64,000 bases of DNA, from the NCBI RefSeq assembly GCF_011386835.1, contig NC_088799.1, forward strand, positions 16,616,001-16,680,000. The letters are read 5' to 3'. The notes beneath the pieces were generated by a model. The model worked only from the letters and a program-made list of their open reading frames with translations. It had not been told where the DNA came from and searched no databases. Below, one piece after another: positions 1-12,700 of the stretch; positions within the stretch are counted from its first letter, which is position 1, and every line of letters begins with the position of its first letter. This stretch comes from Chrysemys picta bellii. Lineage: Eukaryota. Made by a program: the position numbers and the translations under genes.

Positions 1-1252
1 GCCTGGCCCCTGCCCCCTCCCACTTCCCATCCCCTGACTGCCCCCCTCAGAACCTCCAACCCATCCAAAACCCCTGCTCCTTGTCCCTTGACTGCCCCCT
101 CCCGGGACCCCCGCCCCCTATCCAACCCCCCTGCTCCCTGTCCCCTGACTGCCCCAACCCCTATCCACACCCCGCCCCCTGACAGCCCTCCCGGAACTCC
201 CACCCCCTATCCAACCGCCCTCTGCTCCTCGTCCCCTGACCATCTCCTCCCGGGACCCCCCACCCCTAACTGCCCCCCAGGATCCCACCCCCTTATGCAA
301 CCCCCCCCCGATCCCTGTCCCCTGACTGCCCTCCCAACCCCTATCCACGTCCCCGCCCCCCGGGACTCCCACTCCCAACCCTCCCTGTTCCCCATCCCCT
401 GACCACCCCCCCAGAACCTCTGCCCCCTCCAACCGCCCCCTCTTCCCTGACTGCCCCCGGAACCTCCCACTCCCTTACCCAACCCCCCCAGCTCCCCGCC
501 CTCTTACCAGCAGCAGGAACTCGCAGCCGCGATACCTGGCCAGAGCCAGCTGTGCTCCCCGGCCGGGCAGGAGGGTCCGGCCCACGGGCTGTAGTTTGCC
601 CACGTCTGGGTTTAGGGGCTTCTACCCAGTGGGGAGAGGGGTCTTGGGACTTTAGCCCTGTGGGAGGCACCTGCCAGGGCTTCAACAGGAGCAGGGAAGA
701 AGCCCTGAGCCTTGGTAGGCACCTCCCTGGGCCAGAAGCCCTAAGCCTGGACAGGCATCTCCTGCAGGGCAGAAGCCCTCAGACCCCCACCATCCTGCCA
801 CAGGACATAAGCCCCAATCCCTGGCAGGCCCGCTGGGTTCTCAACAGGGCTGTCCCTACCCATATATAAAGTACGCAGCTGCGTAGGGCACCAGGAAATT
901 TGGGGCACCCAGCCCCCGCTCTTCCCACCCCTGCTCTGTCCCAGCCCCAACCCTACTCCCCTGAGGACTGCAGCAGGGATGGGCCTGCACTCACCGGTGG
1001 TAGGAAGTGCAGCGACCTGGCCCCAGCCGCGCCGCTGGTGAGTGCTGGGAATGGTTCCCCGCAAGCCAGTCCCTTCCTGCCCTCTCCCTCCCAACCCCGG
1101 TGGAGGCCTGGGGCTAGTCCATCCATCCCCAGACACACACAGAGGCCTGGGGGCTGCGTAGGGCCCCAGAATAGCTAGGGATGGCCCTGGTTCTCAAACT
1201 TCTGAAGATTATTGTCTGCAGCTTGGAGGGTCAGTAAGTTTGGCCACCCCTG
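1..1252. mobile_element. Non-autonomous DNA transposon (probably hAT) with C-rich low-complexity interior; left end outside window
   Basis: Repeated ccctgactgcccc/cccaacccc motifs 1-540. Ends in TIR-like agtttggccacccctg (1237-1252). Interrupted by a nested MITE at 845-1189. Confidence 0.55.
845..1189. mobile_element. hAT MITE nested in the element above
   Basis: TIRs cagggctgtcccta / tagggatggccctg; perfect 8-bp TSD GTTCTCAA at 837-844 and 1190-1197. Confidence 0.85.
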
Positions 1253-2483
1253 CCTTATAATGAACACTGCACAAGCATCAAAGAAAATATCCTCCAAGTA
1301 AAGCACTGAAGCACAATTCTTCCATATCATATAATTCTTGGGAAATCTAGGCTCCCATCCTTAGTGAAGTTCATGCTTTGCACCCCAGTACCTGCAAGGA
1401 CCTTATTACCGAATTGGGGTCATCAAGTACTTAGAGGTGAAAGGATTCTTGATGCCATGGGATATAGTTTCAAGACTCCCATTAATGTTAAAGGAAAACA
1501 ATGAATAATTAGAATAGCTTAGATAGCTCAATGCCATCCTGTAAACGTGTTAAAGAAGAGAGAGCTGTAGATATCTGAATAGATTAAAAATTAAGTTGCA
1601 GAACAGCTTTGGTATTGACACTCATTGAATGGGGCTAGCAGGGACAGTGGGAACTGGCAGGTTACTGATACCTAACTCCATTGCCTAGTGCAGGGTAGAC
1701 TGAATCATGATAAACCAGCTTTGAATTGTAATGAAGGAGAAATGAGAGAGGGAAGGTAAGTTGAATTGCTTCTACAGTTACCCCCATCCAGTGACTAACG
1801 TGGATGAGACCACCCCAACAAAAGGCATGTCCCTAAGTTGGGAAGAGAGAAGAGAAATGACAATAGGAAGTCACACTGTATGGGTGGTTGGAAACATTTT
1901 GGCTTCTGCATTGGGTAGACCTCTTCCCTGTAAAATAATATTCAACAGTTACAGTGGCGTTTTCCAGCCAAAGATCTCAAAGCCCTTTGCAAAGGAGACT
2001 AAGTATCATCAGCTCTGTTTTAGAGATTGAGAGACTGAGGCAAAGAGAGGTGAAGTGACCTGCCCAGGATCACACAGCTGGACAATGGCAGAGCCAGGAA
2101 CAGAATCCTTTGTTTCCTGCTGTCCCAACTCGTGGCATCTCTATGTGGCTGTGCTATGTGGCATAAGGATTGCTGGGGTTTGCACGCTTTAGAGGGTTAT
2201 ATATTCTTGAGTCTCACATCCTTGGAGTCAGGCTTGTAATATTATTAATACTATTTATTATTTTAGCATCTAGGAACAACCGTGATGGGCCAAGACCCCA
2301 TTGGGCCAAGTGCTGTACAAACACAGAACAAAAAGATGTATCCTGTCCCAAAAGACCGTACATATTATTATCTCCCTATGTTGTAGAGTTAAGTGGCTCA
2401 TACTATTACATTTGAGATGCATATTAGCCTACTGAATTTGAAGTGTATATAGAATCCCACACCAAAAATAAAGAAATCAATAC

Positions 2484-3587
2484 CTCACATATTTGATTGT
2501 CATCCAGTGACAATATTTCCAGATTTTCCATAGCACAGATCTCTTTAGGGAATTCATCAAAGAAATTTTCACTAAGATCTAATATCTTGATACAGGTTAA
2601 TCTGGTAAAGGAAGAAGGTAGCACTTGCAAGCCAGTGTTTTTCAAATAAACGAGGCAAAGGGACATCCAATGGCAAATCTGACGTGGAAACTTTTCCAAG
2701 TTGTTACCAGACAGACCAAGCTCGTTCATTTCTGTGAGTTGCTTGAAGTTAGGAGGGAGCCTACGCAGGAGGTTATTAGACAAATCAAGCACAGTCAGTC
2801 TCCGGCAGTGATGCAATTTATCAGGGACTGATAACAGGTTATTGAAAGCTAAAAATAGTTTCACTAAATTTGTCAAAGAGACAATCTCTTCAGGGACAAA
2901 ACTCACTAGATTTTGTTCCAGATCTATTATTTCCAGATTAAGAAGATGACAAAGCTCCAGGGGAAAGCTTTCAAATCTGTTTTTTTGCAGGTAGATCTCT
3001 TTAAGTTTTCTCAGATTCACTATTTCTTTAGGCAGATACCTTAGATTATTGCCAGATAGTCCAAGCAGCTCAACATGATGGAGGCATTTACAGATCTCCA
3101 CTGGGAACTCATCCAAGTTTACATCATAGAGCCTGAGCTGACGGAGTGCCTGCAGTTTGCTGATGATATGCAGCGAACTGTAAGAGAGTGGATTGCTACT
3201 TAAATCTAAGCTCTGAAGACATTTCAGCTGCCCAAGTTCTTCACAGATGTCGTGTATATAGTTCTCATTCAGATAGAGAACTTTCACCTTCTTAAGATGA
3301 TGGATGTCTCCTGGGATGCTTTCAATTAAGTTTTTTTCCAAATGCAATTCTTCCAGATCTTCCAGTTCAAAGATTTGTAAAGGGATAGTTGTCTGTTGCT
3401 TATTGGCTAAATCAATAAAAAATATCCGATCTGTGACGTGTACAGGTAGAGCGTCCTTCTCTAGGTCTTTCGTCACTTGTGTTTCCTGTAAAATCTGCAA
3501 ACTATCCTTCTCAAGAATTGTGGTATCTGCTCTTGAGAAATGAACATTCACTGCGTTGGCATCAGGGCTCTGCTGAAACTCAACCAT
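2484..3587 (-). CDS. LRRIQ4: Leucine-rich repeat and IQ motif-containing protein 4, large first coding exon (368 codons); downstream exons outside window
   Basis: Tandem LxxLxLxxN repeats. HVTDRIFFIDLANKQ...LSLDDNQICE matches recalled human LRRIQ4. Donor GAG|GTATTG at 2484/2483; acceptor ttttctctttAG at 3610-3609. Syntenic position head-to-head with LRRC34. Confidence 0.93.
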
Positions 3588-5138
3588 CTGTGCTTCTTAT
3601 TTTTAACTCTAAAGAGAAAAAAATAAGGAATCAGCAGTACTCCAACTTTAACCCACTTAAATAACAATAAAAGGATGAACTAGTTCAATATTTAGGGACA
3701 GATTCTGACTTCAGCTGCAGTACCAATACCACTGAAAACTGATGTTACCCACTGACATCCAAAGCTTGAAAGAATGTAAATAAAGACATTTTTTGGCCCT
3801 TAGTGTATTGGTAAAGGCACAAAGGGACAAATTCAGTGGATGAAATGCTATTGAAGTCAACAGAGATGCATCTGCTTATATCATGACTGAATTTAGCCCA
3901 ATGAGCCAGAAAGTCCTAGGTATAAAATTATATGGACCAAATTTTGTTCTCAGTTATACCAGTGTAAATTTGGAGTAATGCCATTGAAGCTAAAGCAGTT
4001 ACTGCAAATTATACAAGTGTAACCAAGAGCAGAATTTGGCCCTATATTGTCAAGTGATTTTAAATTGAATAAACAGTTCTTACATAGTGTGTTTTGAAAT
4101 ATTTCAAGCGAGGTCTTGAATTTAAGTTTTATGGGCCAGATCCTCATTTGGTGTAGATCAGCATAGCTCCATTGAGCTATAAAAGTTTACACCAGCAGAG
4201 GAGATGTGCTCATATTCTTAAAATGTTTTCAGTACAAATCAATTTGGATTTCTCCTCCCAAAATTCAGTGTTTTTTCAAAATTTCCAGTTTACTGGAGCA
4301 CCAAACAGTGATACCTCCTGGAAATTAGATCTTTTCTATCATGAAAGTGTCCCGATTTTCATATTCTGCTATTGCTTTGGAACTTTTGCTCAACTGGGGC
4401 ATGATCTTGATTTCAGTGGGAGTTGATGAACCTAAGTAGCATCATGCCTTTATAGGCTCAAAGGCAGCAAAACACTTAACTTAAAGCATGTGCCTATGCG
4501 CTTTGCTGAATAGGAACAGGATTATTCACATTTAAGGCTAAGGACGTGTTTAAATGCTTTGCTGAATCAGGACCACAGAGTTGTCCTATGGGTTTTGTGT
4601 AACAGGCATCATGTTGGATATAGTTTTATGATTATACTGCCCCTAGCACAATGGCCCCCAGATCTCAGCTGAGGCCTCTGACCACTACTGTATTACATAA
4701 TAATTCAATAATAGCAGAGTTTTACAAATGATATCACCATTTTACATGACATGTATTACTTCTATAGTTTCTGACCAATATGGACAAGCTTAAGTGTCAT
4801 TTGAATCATATGTATATATGCATTTAAAATCCTAGGATTGCAGAATGTTACTGAATAAAGGAAAATGAGGAATAATAGGAAGAGGAGATGATTAGCTCAC
4901 TTGCATCCAATGTCACAAACCTACTGGGGTGGATGTCACAATCCCACAAGTCAATGTTCAAAGAGCAGCAGCAGAGAAAGCAATGGGAGAAAAAACCAAG
5001 AGGCTGGTGGCTGACTCATTTACCTCTACATCATAATCTCACCTGAAAGGATGTCATAATCCCAACGATGAGCAGTTTGCAAGCACCAGCAGAAAGGGAA
5101 AGAGGAATGAAAAATATACAAAATAACAAGTGGTATAG

Positions 5139-5221
5139 AGAACAGGAGTACTTGTGGCACTTTAGAGACAAATTTATTAGAGCATAAGCTTTCGTGGGCT
5201 ACAGCCCACTTCTTCGGATGC
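5139..5221. mobile_element. Penelope-like element (PLE) terminal repeat fragment
   Basis: agaacaggagtacttgtggcac...agcataagctttcgtgggctacagcccacttcttcggatgc; same family as the copies at 33666, 39173 and 50207. Confidence 0.8.
5181..5221 (-). ncRNA. Minimal type I hammerhead ribozyme motif (U4C core variant)
   Basis: Minus strand GCAU-CCGAAGA-A-GUGGGCU-GU-AGCCCAC-GAAA-GC-UUA-UGC: stem I, CnGAnGA core, 7-bp stem II, GAAA, palindromic AAGCUU stem III, UUA cleavage triplet. Activity not tested. Confidence 0.75.
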
Positions 5222-5267
5222 GTAGAGAAATTGGAGTCAGAATGTCTATCGCCCCGTCTCATAAAAC

Positions 5268-6026
5268 AAGAACAAGGGAACAACCAATGAAATTGAAAGT
5301 CAGCAAATTCAAAGCTGATAAAAGGAAATACTTTTTCACACAAGCCATAAATTAGACTGCAGAACTATTGTCACAGGATGCCCTTGAAGCCAAGAAATTA
5401 GCATGATTCAAAAAGAAATTGGGCACTTATAACAAGAATATCCAGAGTTATATGCTAAAAAAAAAAAGTTTTGGAAGGAATATAAAATCTCATGCCTTGG
5501 GATTTAAACCAATCTCTGACTATTAAGGGCTAAGAGGAGAATTGTTAGGGAGCAAATGATCCCTCATCTGCCTACTGTAGGGTTTCTTGCACCTTCTTCT
5601 GAAGCAGGGTTCGGCAACATTTGGCACACGGCTCGCCAGGGTAAGCACTCTGGCAGGCCGGGCCAGTTTATTTACCTGCTGACGCAGCAGGTTCAGCCGA
5701 TCGCGGTCCCCACTGGCCGCGGTTCGCCGTCCCGAGCCAATGGGGGCAGCGGGAAGTGGCGCGGGCGAGCGATGTGCAGGCCGCAGCTTCCTGCCGCCCC
5801 CATTGGCTCGGGACAGCAAACCGCGGCCAGTGGGGACCGCGATCGGCCAAACCTGCCACGTCACCAGGTAAATAAACTGGCCCGGCCCGCCAGGGTGCTA
5901 ACCCTGGCGTGCCAAATGTTGCCGATCCCTGTTTTGAAGCATCTAGTGCTGGCCACTTTCTCAGCAGGATATTGGACTGGATGGACCACATATCTGATCC
6001 AGTATGGTGATTCTTGTGTTCCTATG
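5268..6026 (+). mobile_element. CR1-type LINE 3' fragment, interrupted by a MITE
   Basis: Decayed RT C-terminus (aaattcaaagctgataaaaggaaatactttttcacacaa) and CR1-like tail ggactggatggacc...ctgatccagtatgg...ttcttgtgttcctatg. Confidence 0.65.
5605..5931. mobile_element. Palindromic hAT MITE
   Basis: TIRs cagggttcggcaacatttggcac / gtgccaaatgttgccgatccctg. 8-bp TSD ttctgaag/ttttgaag (1 mismatch). The whole element is a long imperfect inverted repeat. Confidence 0.85.
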
Positions 6027-6304
6027 AATGGAAAAAGAGATGGGGAGCGAAGAAAAGAAGCTCAGATTTGGAGACAAAGCAGTAGCCATCATAACCATCC
6101 AGGTTGGGATTACCAATTTCTGATACAATGGGAGAGTCCCCAGTTTTCTATTTTTGATGTAGAAACAAAGTTTGTGCACTGTCATGCACCCTGCTTCTGC
6201 CATGTGAGAGGCAGCAGCACGTCCTGTATACAAGGGTAATATTAAGATAGTGACAGACAGTAGAAAAATGTATTAAATGAGAGGGACAGATACAGACACC
6301 TATG

Positions 6305-6979
6305 TGTAACAGGGTAGTCTGCCCCTTTAAGGGTGTCTGGAGGCCTGGGACCAACCTGCCCTGTTCAATTATCAGACACAGTGCTGGAAGGGTAAAAGCT
6401 CCCTATAAAGGGATGAGAAAGCTCAGTTGGAGGCCTGGAGAGTGTTGTGTATTAGTCCTTCCCAGATGGGGGAGATAGATCAGTGGCCTACATGTGGTGG
6501 AGAACACAGGTTGGTGAAGTTGGGTTCAGAAGATGGTGCAGTGATTACAGGACCTTGCTACCTGTTGGTTGTGCTCAGAGACTAATTCTGTGGAGACAAT
6601 TATTGACTGGTGGTTCTGGACCCATTCTTGTAGATCCTGCCTGTGGGAGCCCAAAGTTGGGTAAAGTGGTTTTGGCCATCATCCAGGGAGAGATCTGAGA
6701 AGAGTGGAAGTGTCCCATGGGGGAGAGCAAGAATGGGAGCTTGGGGGAAGCTCTCAAGGGGTCAGAATCCTAGCTAGCCCTAGACGTAAGGTTTCAGAAG
6801 AGTTCAGCTCCACAGTGTTGGAGAATTTCTATTGAGGGGGAGAAGTCCTGGTGGTATGTTACTGATCCAGCAAACCTGGGCACATCAAGAGAGATTGCCT
6901 ACTAATAAAGTGCAATTATGCAGGGTGCTATTTCAGCCAAGGGGTGGGAGCAGGGGAGGGGGGTCACTGCCACCTAACA
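6305..6979. mobile_element. Probable solo LTR
   Basis: TGTAAC...TAACA termini; internal tataaa and aataaa; start resembles the element at 46179. No clear TSD. Confidence 0.45.
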
Positions 6980-7598
6980 ATTCCTCCATTAAGTAACATG
7001 TAAGGAATCCATTAAAGGGACACACAAAGCAGGTCAGAGCACCACAAAAAGGAGTTCTTCCAGTGAAGTCTGTAAGGGGCACCCCATCAACCTCCAATTT
7101 CATAATTCTGACAAATTGATGCCATCACAGGATGAGACAAAACCAATTTCAAGGCTTGTGTGAGGGGGAGAGGGAGGTGGACAGTTCATGGCTTTGCAGG
7201 GAGGACCCCAATCAAACATCCTCCTGTGGAGGGATCCCCAAGTTTATGGCTTTTCAGAATAGAACTCCTCTGTATGGAGAGGTATTTTCATGGCTGTGTA
7301 GGGGGACCCTGCTCCCATATGCTCTTCATGGGGAGGGATCCCCAGGATCACGGCATTGCAGAGCACTCCTGTTCAATGCATTCACTGGGAGGGGTCCCCA
7401 GTTTTCTGGCTCTCAGGGGATACCCAAGCCAACGCATTTCATGTCTCGCAAGCGAGGGGCTTTGCTGGCATAAGGAGGGCTCCGCACCAGCAACCGCGGG
7501 GGTTCGGAGCCAGCCGAGCGTGGGGGTGACTCTCGACCAGGTGCAAGCTCAGCTCCTTCCCTAGCAATACCCCGTGAGGGGCGAGGGTCGTCCCTTAC

Positions 7599-7680
7599 CC
7601 TGGGCGCTCGCTGAGTGGGATGAGGGAACGCAGGCGCACTGGAGAACCCACGGGCGGCAAGAGAAGCGCGTGCGGTCGGT
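7599..7680 (-). other. LRRIQ4: Putative non-coding first exon of LRRIQ4 (5' end unknown)
   Basis: Strong minus-strand donor CAGG|GTAAGG at 7599/7598 inside the CpG island. The coding exon at 3608 has an acceptor and therefore needs an upstream exon. Confidence 0.5.
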
Positions 7681-7686
7681 GTCTCC

Positions 7687-7759
7687 ATGGCAACCACGGC
7701 CGGGGACCTGAGCTCGCGGCCGGGGCAGCGCTCGGGAACCCCCATGGCAACGGCCGCAG
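7687..7759 (+). CDS. LRRC34: LRRC34 coding exon 1 (MATTAGDLSSRPGQRSGTPMATAA; alternative in-frame ATG at 7744)
   Basis: Donor CAG|GTAGCC, phase 1, joins in frame to CT GTC ATG of the exon at 14111. No transcript evidence available. Confidence 0.6.
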
Positions 7760-7896
7760 GTAGCCGCCACGGGGAGGGGGCTGCCGCCTGGGCCCCCGGA
7801 CTCTGACCCCCAGCCCCGGGGAGCCCCAGGCATTCAGAGCGCCGGTGACGCCCCCGCGTTTTGTGGGCGACACGGCGTGTAGGGTGCACACCCGGG

Positions 7897-8055
7897 CAGG
7901 GCCGCCCAGGGGATTAATGGGGGCCTGGGGCAAAGCAATTTCAGGGGCCCCTTCCATAAAAAAAGTTGCAATACCATAGAATACTATATTCTCCTGGGGG
8001 CCCCTGTAGGGCCTGGTGCAAATTGCCCCACTTCCCCCCCCCCCGGGTGACCCTG
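7897..8055. mobile_element. hAT-like MITE at the edge of the CpG island
   Basis: TIRs cagggccgcccagggg / ccccgggtgaccctg; TSD not recognisable. Confidence 0.65.
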
Positions 8056-8397
8056 CAAGGGGGGGGGGGGGAGATATTCTCCATGGTGTCTCTGGGCATG
8101 ATCAGATCTGCCGCCCCCCCTTCCGTGCTGGGGGAGAGATTGGCCATGTGGGGCAAGGCTTGGAAGGAACTTAGCCCAGAGCCCCATTCTGCCAGCAGCA
8201 CTTACTAGTGGGTATAATGGAGGTGCCTCGATGCACGCTCGGCTGGATTGGGCTCCTAACCGGTGAGGCGTGCTTTGCTGTGCCTGATTTTAAAAAGCTT
8301 ATTTGAAACTAAAACCTGTGAGGAATATAGTTAATGTCTGAAATATCCACTTGTAATTGCCTAGTAAGCGTTGCTTGTTTGCCAAACAGGTGTAGGG

Positions 8398-8423
8398 GTG
8401 TGTGTGTGTGTGTGTGTGTGTGT
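8398..8423. repeat. (GT)13 microsatellite
   Basis: Direct reading. Confidence 0.95.
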
Positions 8424-8811
8424 AAAAGGGGATTTTTTTTTTTTAATATTAGGCTATTTTTCCGCCGTAGTGTGACATCAGAGTTATCAGTGAGAGCACC
8501 TAGAATACAGTGTGATTTTTGTGAAATGACAGCTCACAGCTCTGAAGGTAACTTTATTGCTAGAAAAGTTATACCATAAGTTATTATTTAATTTGTGTTG
8601 AAATTCTACACTGCTGCATATTGACACACATTATTTATTATTTAAGGAAATATCAATATAAGATACAGGCCTTTGAGAATATAGTTCTAATTTAAAAGTA
8701 GATTAAAGATGATCAAGTATATTGCAACAGTGAAATCTCTCTCAGTTTTGCTTAGTAAAAAATTCAGTACTCACAGATGTGGGCTTATTATTTTGCCATG
8801 GAGGAACATAG

Positions 8812-9076
8812 GGGCATGTCTACACGGCAGCTGGGAGCAGGCAGACAGACTTGTGCTAGTCAGGCTTGAGCTATTGCACTAAAAATATCAGTGTGGAACT
8901 TGTGGCTTGGGCTCTCAAGAACTCCCGACCCCCTGAATCTGAGCTAGGGTGGCTAGCCTGCGTCTCCACCCGGGCCATCCACGCTGCTATTTTTACATGC
9001 TAGTTCAAGCCCAACTAGCATGAGTTTGTCTACCTGGGCTAGGAGGGTAGCTTCCAGCTGCAGTGTAGACATACCC
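8812..9076. mobile_element. Harbinger-type MITE
   Basis: TIRs gggcatgtctacac / gtgtagacataccc. Confidence 0.7.
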
Positions 9077-9779
9077 TATACGTAGAATCCTATAGTAAAC
9101 ATTATGGGAATATTCTGTCAAGCATCCAAGATTTGTTCAGTAGAGCAGAGGAGTGGTTCCTGATTCTATGGGCTTGTCTGCATCTGCCCCGTGTGAGTTA
9201 GGGCCTTGTCTTCAAGGTCTGACACACAGCTTTTAACAGACCAAAGTGTTAACTTATGTAAAAACTCCAAACTGCCTTGTCTTCACTACGGTTTTACTTC
9301 GAGGTAGGAACCCATCTTTTTTCCCCCCAGTGAAGACAAGGACCTGTGTGGAGTGCTAGGGAAGTGTATGAATACATATGTACATATGCAAGGACAAAAT
9401 ATAACCCTAAACTGGATGAGGGATGCTTAAGTGGTTGTTTAGTCTTTCATCTGTATTACTCTGTCATTTGTCTGATTTTGAATATTGATTAAAAGTGCAA
9501 AGTCTAGAGTCTTTCTACCAAGGTGGTATTTTTTTGTTTTTCCCCCCAAGTTAGCAAGATTGATTCCATCTCCAATTAGAACTGCTGACTGTTGAACCTC
9601 AGCCCAAAGGGGCAGAATTGCTCTGTTGTTTATTTGTCAAAAGAGTTGCCGTTATTTTTACTTGTTATTTTAAAAATTCACATCTCAAGCTCACTACAGG
9701 TAGGATTGAAATAATGTATATCAGCAGGGGGAATCGTTTTGAGGAATTTTGATTTCACTCTCCGAGTATCTGCCTCTCA

Positions 9780-12700
9780 GGCCTGGTCTATACTACAAAG
9801 TTAGGTTGACATAAGTCGCCTTGCGTCAACCTAGTTTTGCATGAGTCTACATTCAAATTTGTTTCCTGCTGATACAGCGATGCAGTAACACCATCTCCCC
9901 AAATGGCATTGAGCCATGGTCAATGTACTGTGGTGATGGAGTGCAGTGTAGACACCGTCTGTTCTATATTGACCCTAACAGTCCTCTAGCAGCTGTCCCA
10001 CAATGCCTGAAACTCACTGCTTTGGTCAGTAGCGTGAACTCTGCTGCCCACGGGTCACAGAGGTCCGAAGCTACCCACCCTCACTAAAAACCACATGTTT
10101 TTGAAATGCCTTTTCCTGATTGCCCAGTTTGTGGACATACCATGCACATTGTTGTGTGCAACTGCCAAACCAACCGTGCCGGCTACATGCTCCAGACATA
10201 CTCCTGCGTGGAATAGACAAAGAGGTATCAGATCTCCTTGGCCTGTGGGGAAAAGAGACTGTGCAGGCATGGGACAGCCATAAAAACCTGACAGATTACA
10301 TGGGGGATGCAGGTGAAGGGGTACGACAGGAATCAGCAGCGATGACGTGTGAAAGCTAAGGAACTGCAGGAGGCACATCAGAAGGCCAGGGGGCCCAACA
10401 GTTGATCTAGTGCTGAGCTGCGGACCTGCTGCTGTTACAATGAGCTGCATGCCATACTTGCTGAGGAGCCTGAGAGACAGATCCCTGCTGTGAACAGTGA
10501 GGAGGAGGATGTGGGGGCATGCACTCAGGGGTGTCCAACTATGCTGCGAGCCAGGACCTGTTTGAGGCTCCACCACCGTCTAGTCAGCCCCATCAGCAGA
10601 GCTCAGGCGAGTAGGGAAAGGAACCTTGGGTAAATGTGTGAATGCAGTTCCCATTACAGTGATTAAATGTACAGATGGTGCCTGACCCAGTGCATCAGGA
10701 AGCAGGTATTGACTTAACATTAATTTACTCATAGAAGAGGTAGCGGTACATCAAACAGAGGTAGAGTTATATGGTTTTCATTTCCTTGTAGAGTCAGGCA
10801 AGGGAGGCCATGCAGAGCAGTTTGTTTATGTACACAAGGATGTCCCTTGAACCCTCCAGAGAGTTCTCAATGACACTTTCATACTCCGCAATCCTCTCCC
10901 AAAGCTTTCTAGGGATGGCCGTCTTATTTCTTCCTCTGTGGTAGGACACTTTCCCACGCCAGTCCGCAATGACTTCGGCAGGCACCATAGCAGTACATAG
11001 GCTAGCAGCATATGGGTCCAAGTGGCTTTGGGATGTCCGCAGCAGCTGTGCTCTCTGTTCCTTTGTTACCCTCAGAAGCAAGAGACCAGCTAAAATCACC
11101 ACTGCCTGTGGAAAACAGTGCCAGTACTCAGTACCATTGCCCTACAATTCTCTCCTCATTTACCCCGTGCCCCTGCTGGGCCATACTCACCATGGCTGGA
11201 ACTGGAGAGCCGTGCTGTGCACAAGCATTCTGGAGCTGAAGTGTCAATAAGCATGTCTTGTTTAAAACTTTAGGAGAGGAAAGGAAGGGAGTTCTGAAAC
11301 TTAACTTTCACTTTATAAATACAACGATACCACTCTGAATTTTTTCTGTGTCTTCTGTGGTTGTGGCCTGGAGGGGTCCCCCTCCACACCTGTTGAAAGC
11401 CTGACCTGGATAAGGAGGAAAAAGAAGATGACTCAGGAGAATATGGAAAAGAAGAATATGTTCTCAAGACAGTGCTGCTTCGGACTGTGAGCTGAGGGGC
11501 TGGTGGGTGAATATTTCCGACATCATGGAGAAAGGCCCAGGCGTCCCAGCAGTCAATGGAGAACTCCATGTTAGCACCTCCCTAGGCCCCCAACTTTCCA
11601 TGTGGCATCTATGGCTCCCACTCCATGCTAGAAAATAGTAAGAACAGCTTAACATAAACTGACCCGGTTGCTGTTTGCTGGTTTGTGTAGGCAAAATTGA
11701 CTGAAATGGACATGAACTTTCTTTCCCCTTGTAAGTTCTGTTAATTTATTTCAGATTTTTTTATTGTGTTTGTTTTTTAATTGCACATAGGTTTTTTGCA
11801 CTAGTTTCAGGATGCAATCAAATTCTATTTTGGGGCATTTTTATTACTTCACAACATATGCTACAGAATGTCTAGAACTACTGAAAGCACCCACTACTTG
11901 TTATTGTACAGGACGACGGAACTCATAGGATCAGTGACAAACATAGTGTAATAATTATAAACTTACAGCTAGCACTGCATATTAATAGGTGCATTAACAG
12001 ACAGTGTTACATTCATAAATGTACATCAACCACCACACAGTACCTTGCAGCCCCCAAAACTTCAGGACCAGGTAGGGAGCACAGTCCACGACACCACATT
12101 ACAGTACTGTAGCTAACTGTTAAAGGGCTCTTTCAAGGCCTCCTTCAGCTGCATAGCTCCATGTTGAGCTCTTCTAATAGCTCTTGTGTCTGGCTGTTCA
12201 GATTCAGCAGACAGCCACTCTACCTCCACCCTTGTGGCAACTTTTCCCCCTTTGCCTCACAGATATTATGCAGGATATGACTGGCAGCTACAACCATTTG
12301 CAGTGTTTTTCTTACTGAGATCCAACCATGACAGTAAACACGGCCAGATTCCCCTCAATCTAACACAAGCACATTCAACTGTCATTCTGCACCTGCTGAG
12401 CTGGTAGTTGAACCTTTCGTTGGTGCTGTTGAGATGACTGGCTTCATAAGCAAGCAGTAGGCTGGGTCCCCCGGGATCACTATTGCCATTTCAGCATCGG
12501 CAGTGCTAATCTGCTGGTCAGGAAAGAATGTTCTTGGTTGCAGCTTTCTGAACAGTCCTCTGTTCTTAAAGATGTAAGCGTCGTGCATCTTCCCTGACCA
12601 GCCAGTACTGATATGGGGAAGTGTCTCCGGTGAGCCCCCAATGCTTGTATTACCATAGAAAAGCCTTTTCGTTGATGTAGTCTGTGGCAAGGTGGGCTGG

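Larger units (their letters stand above)
7480..7900. promoter_or_regulatory. CpG island / bidirectional promoter of LRRC34 (+) and LRRIQ4 (-) with two RFX X-box motifs
   Basis: High CpG density. GTCTCCATGGCAAC at 7681-7694 and ACCCCCATGGCAAC at 7738-7751. Oppositely oriented splice donors at 7599/7598 (-) and 7759/7760 (+). Confidence 0.75.
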
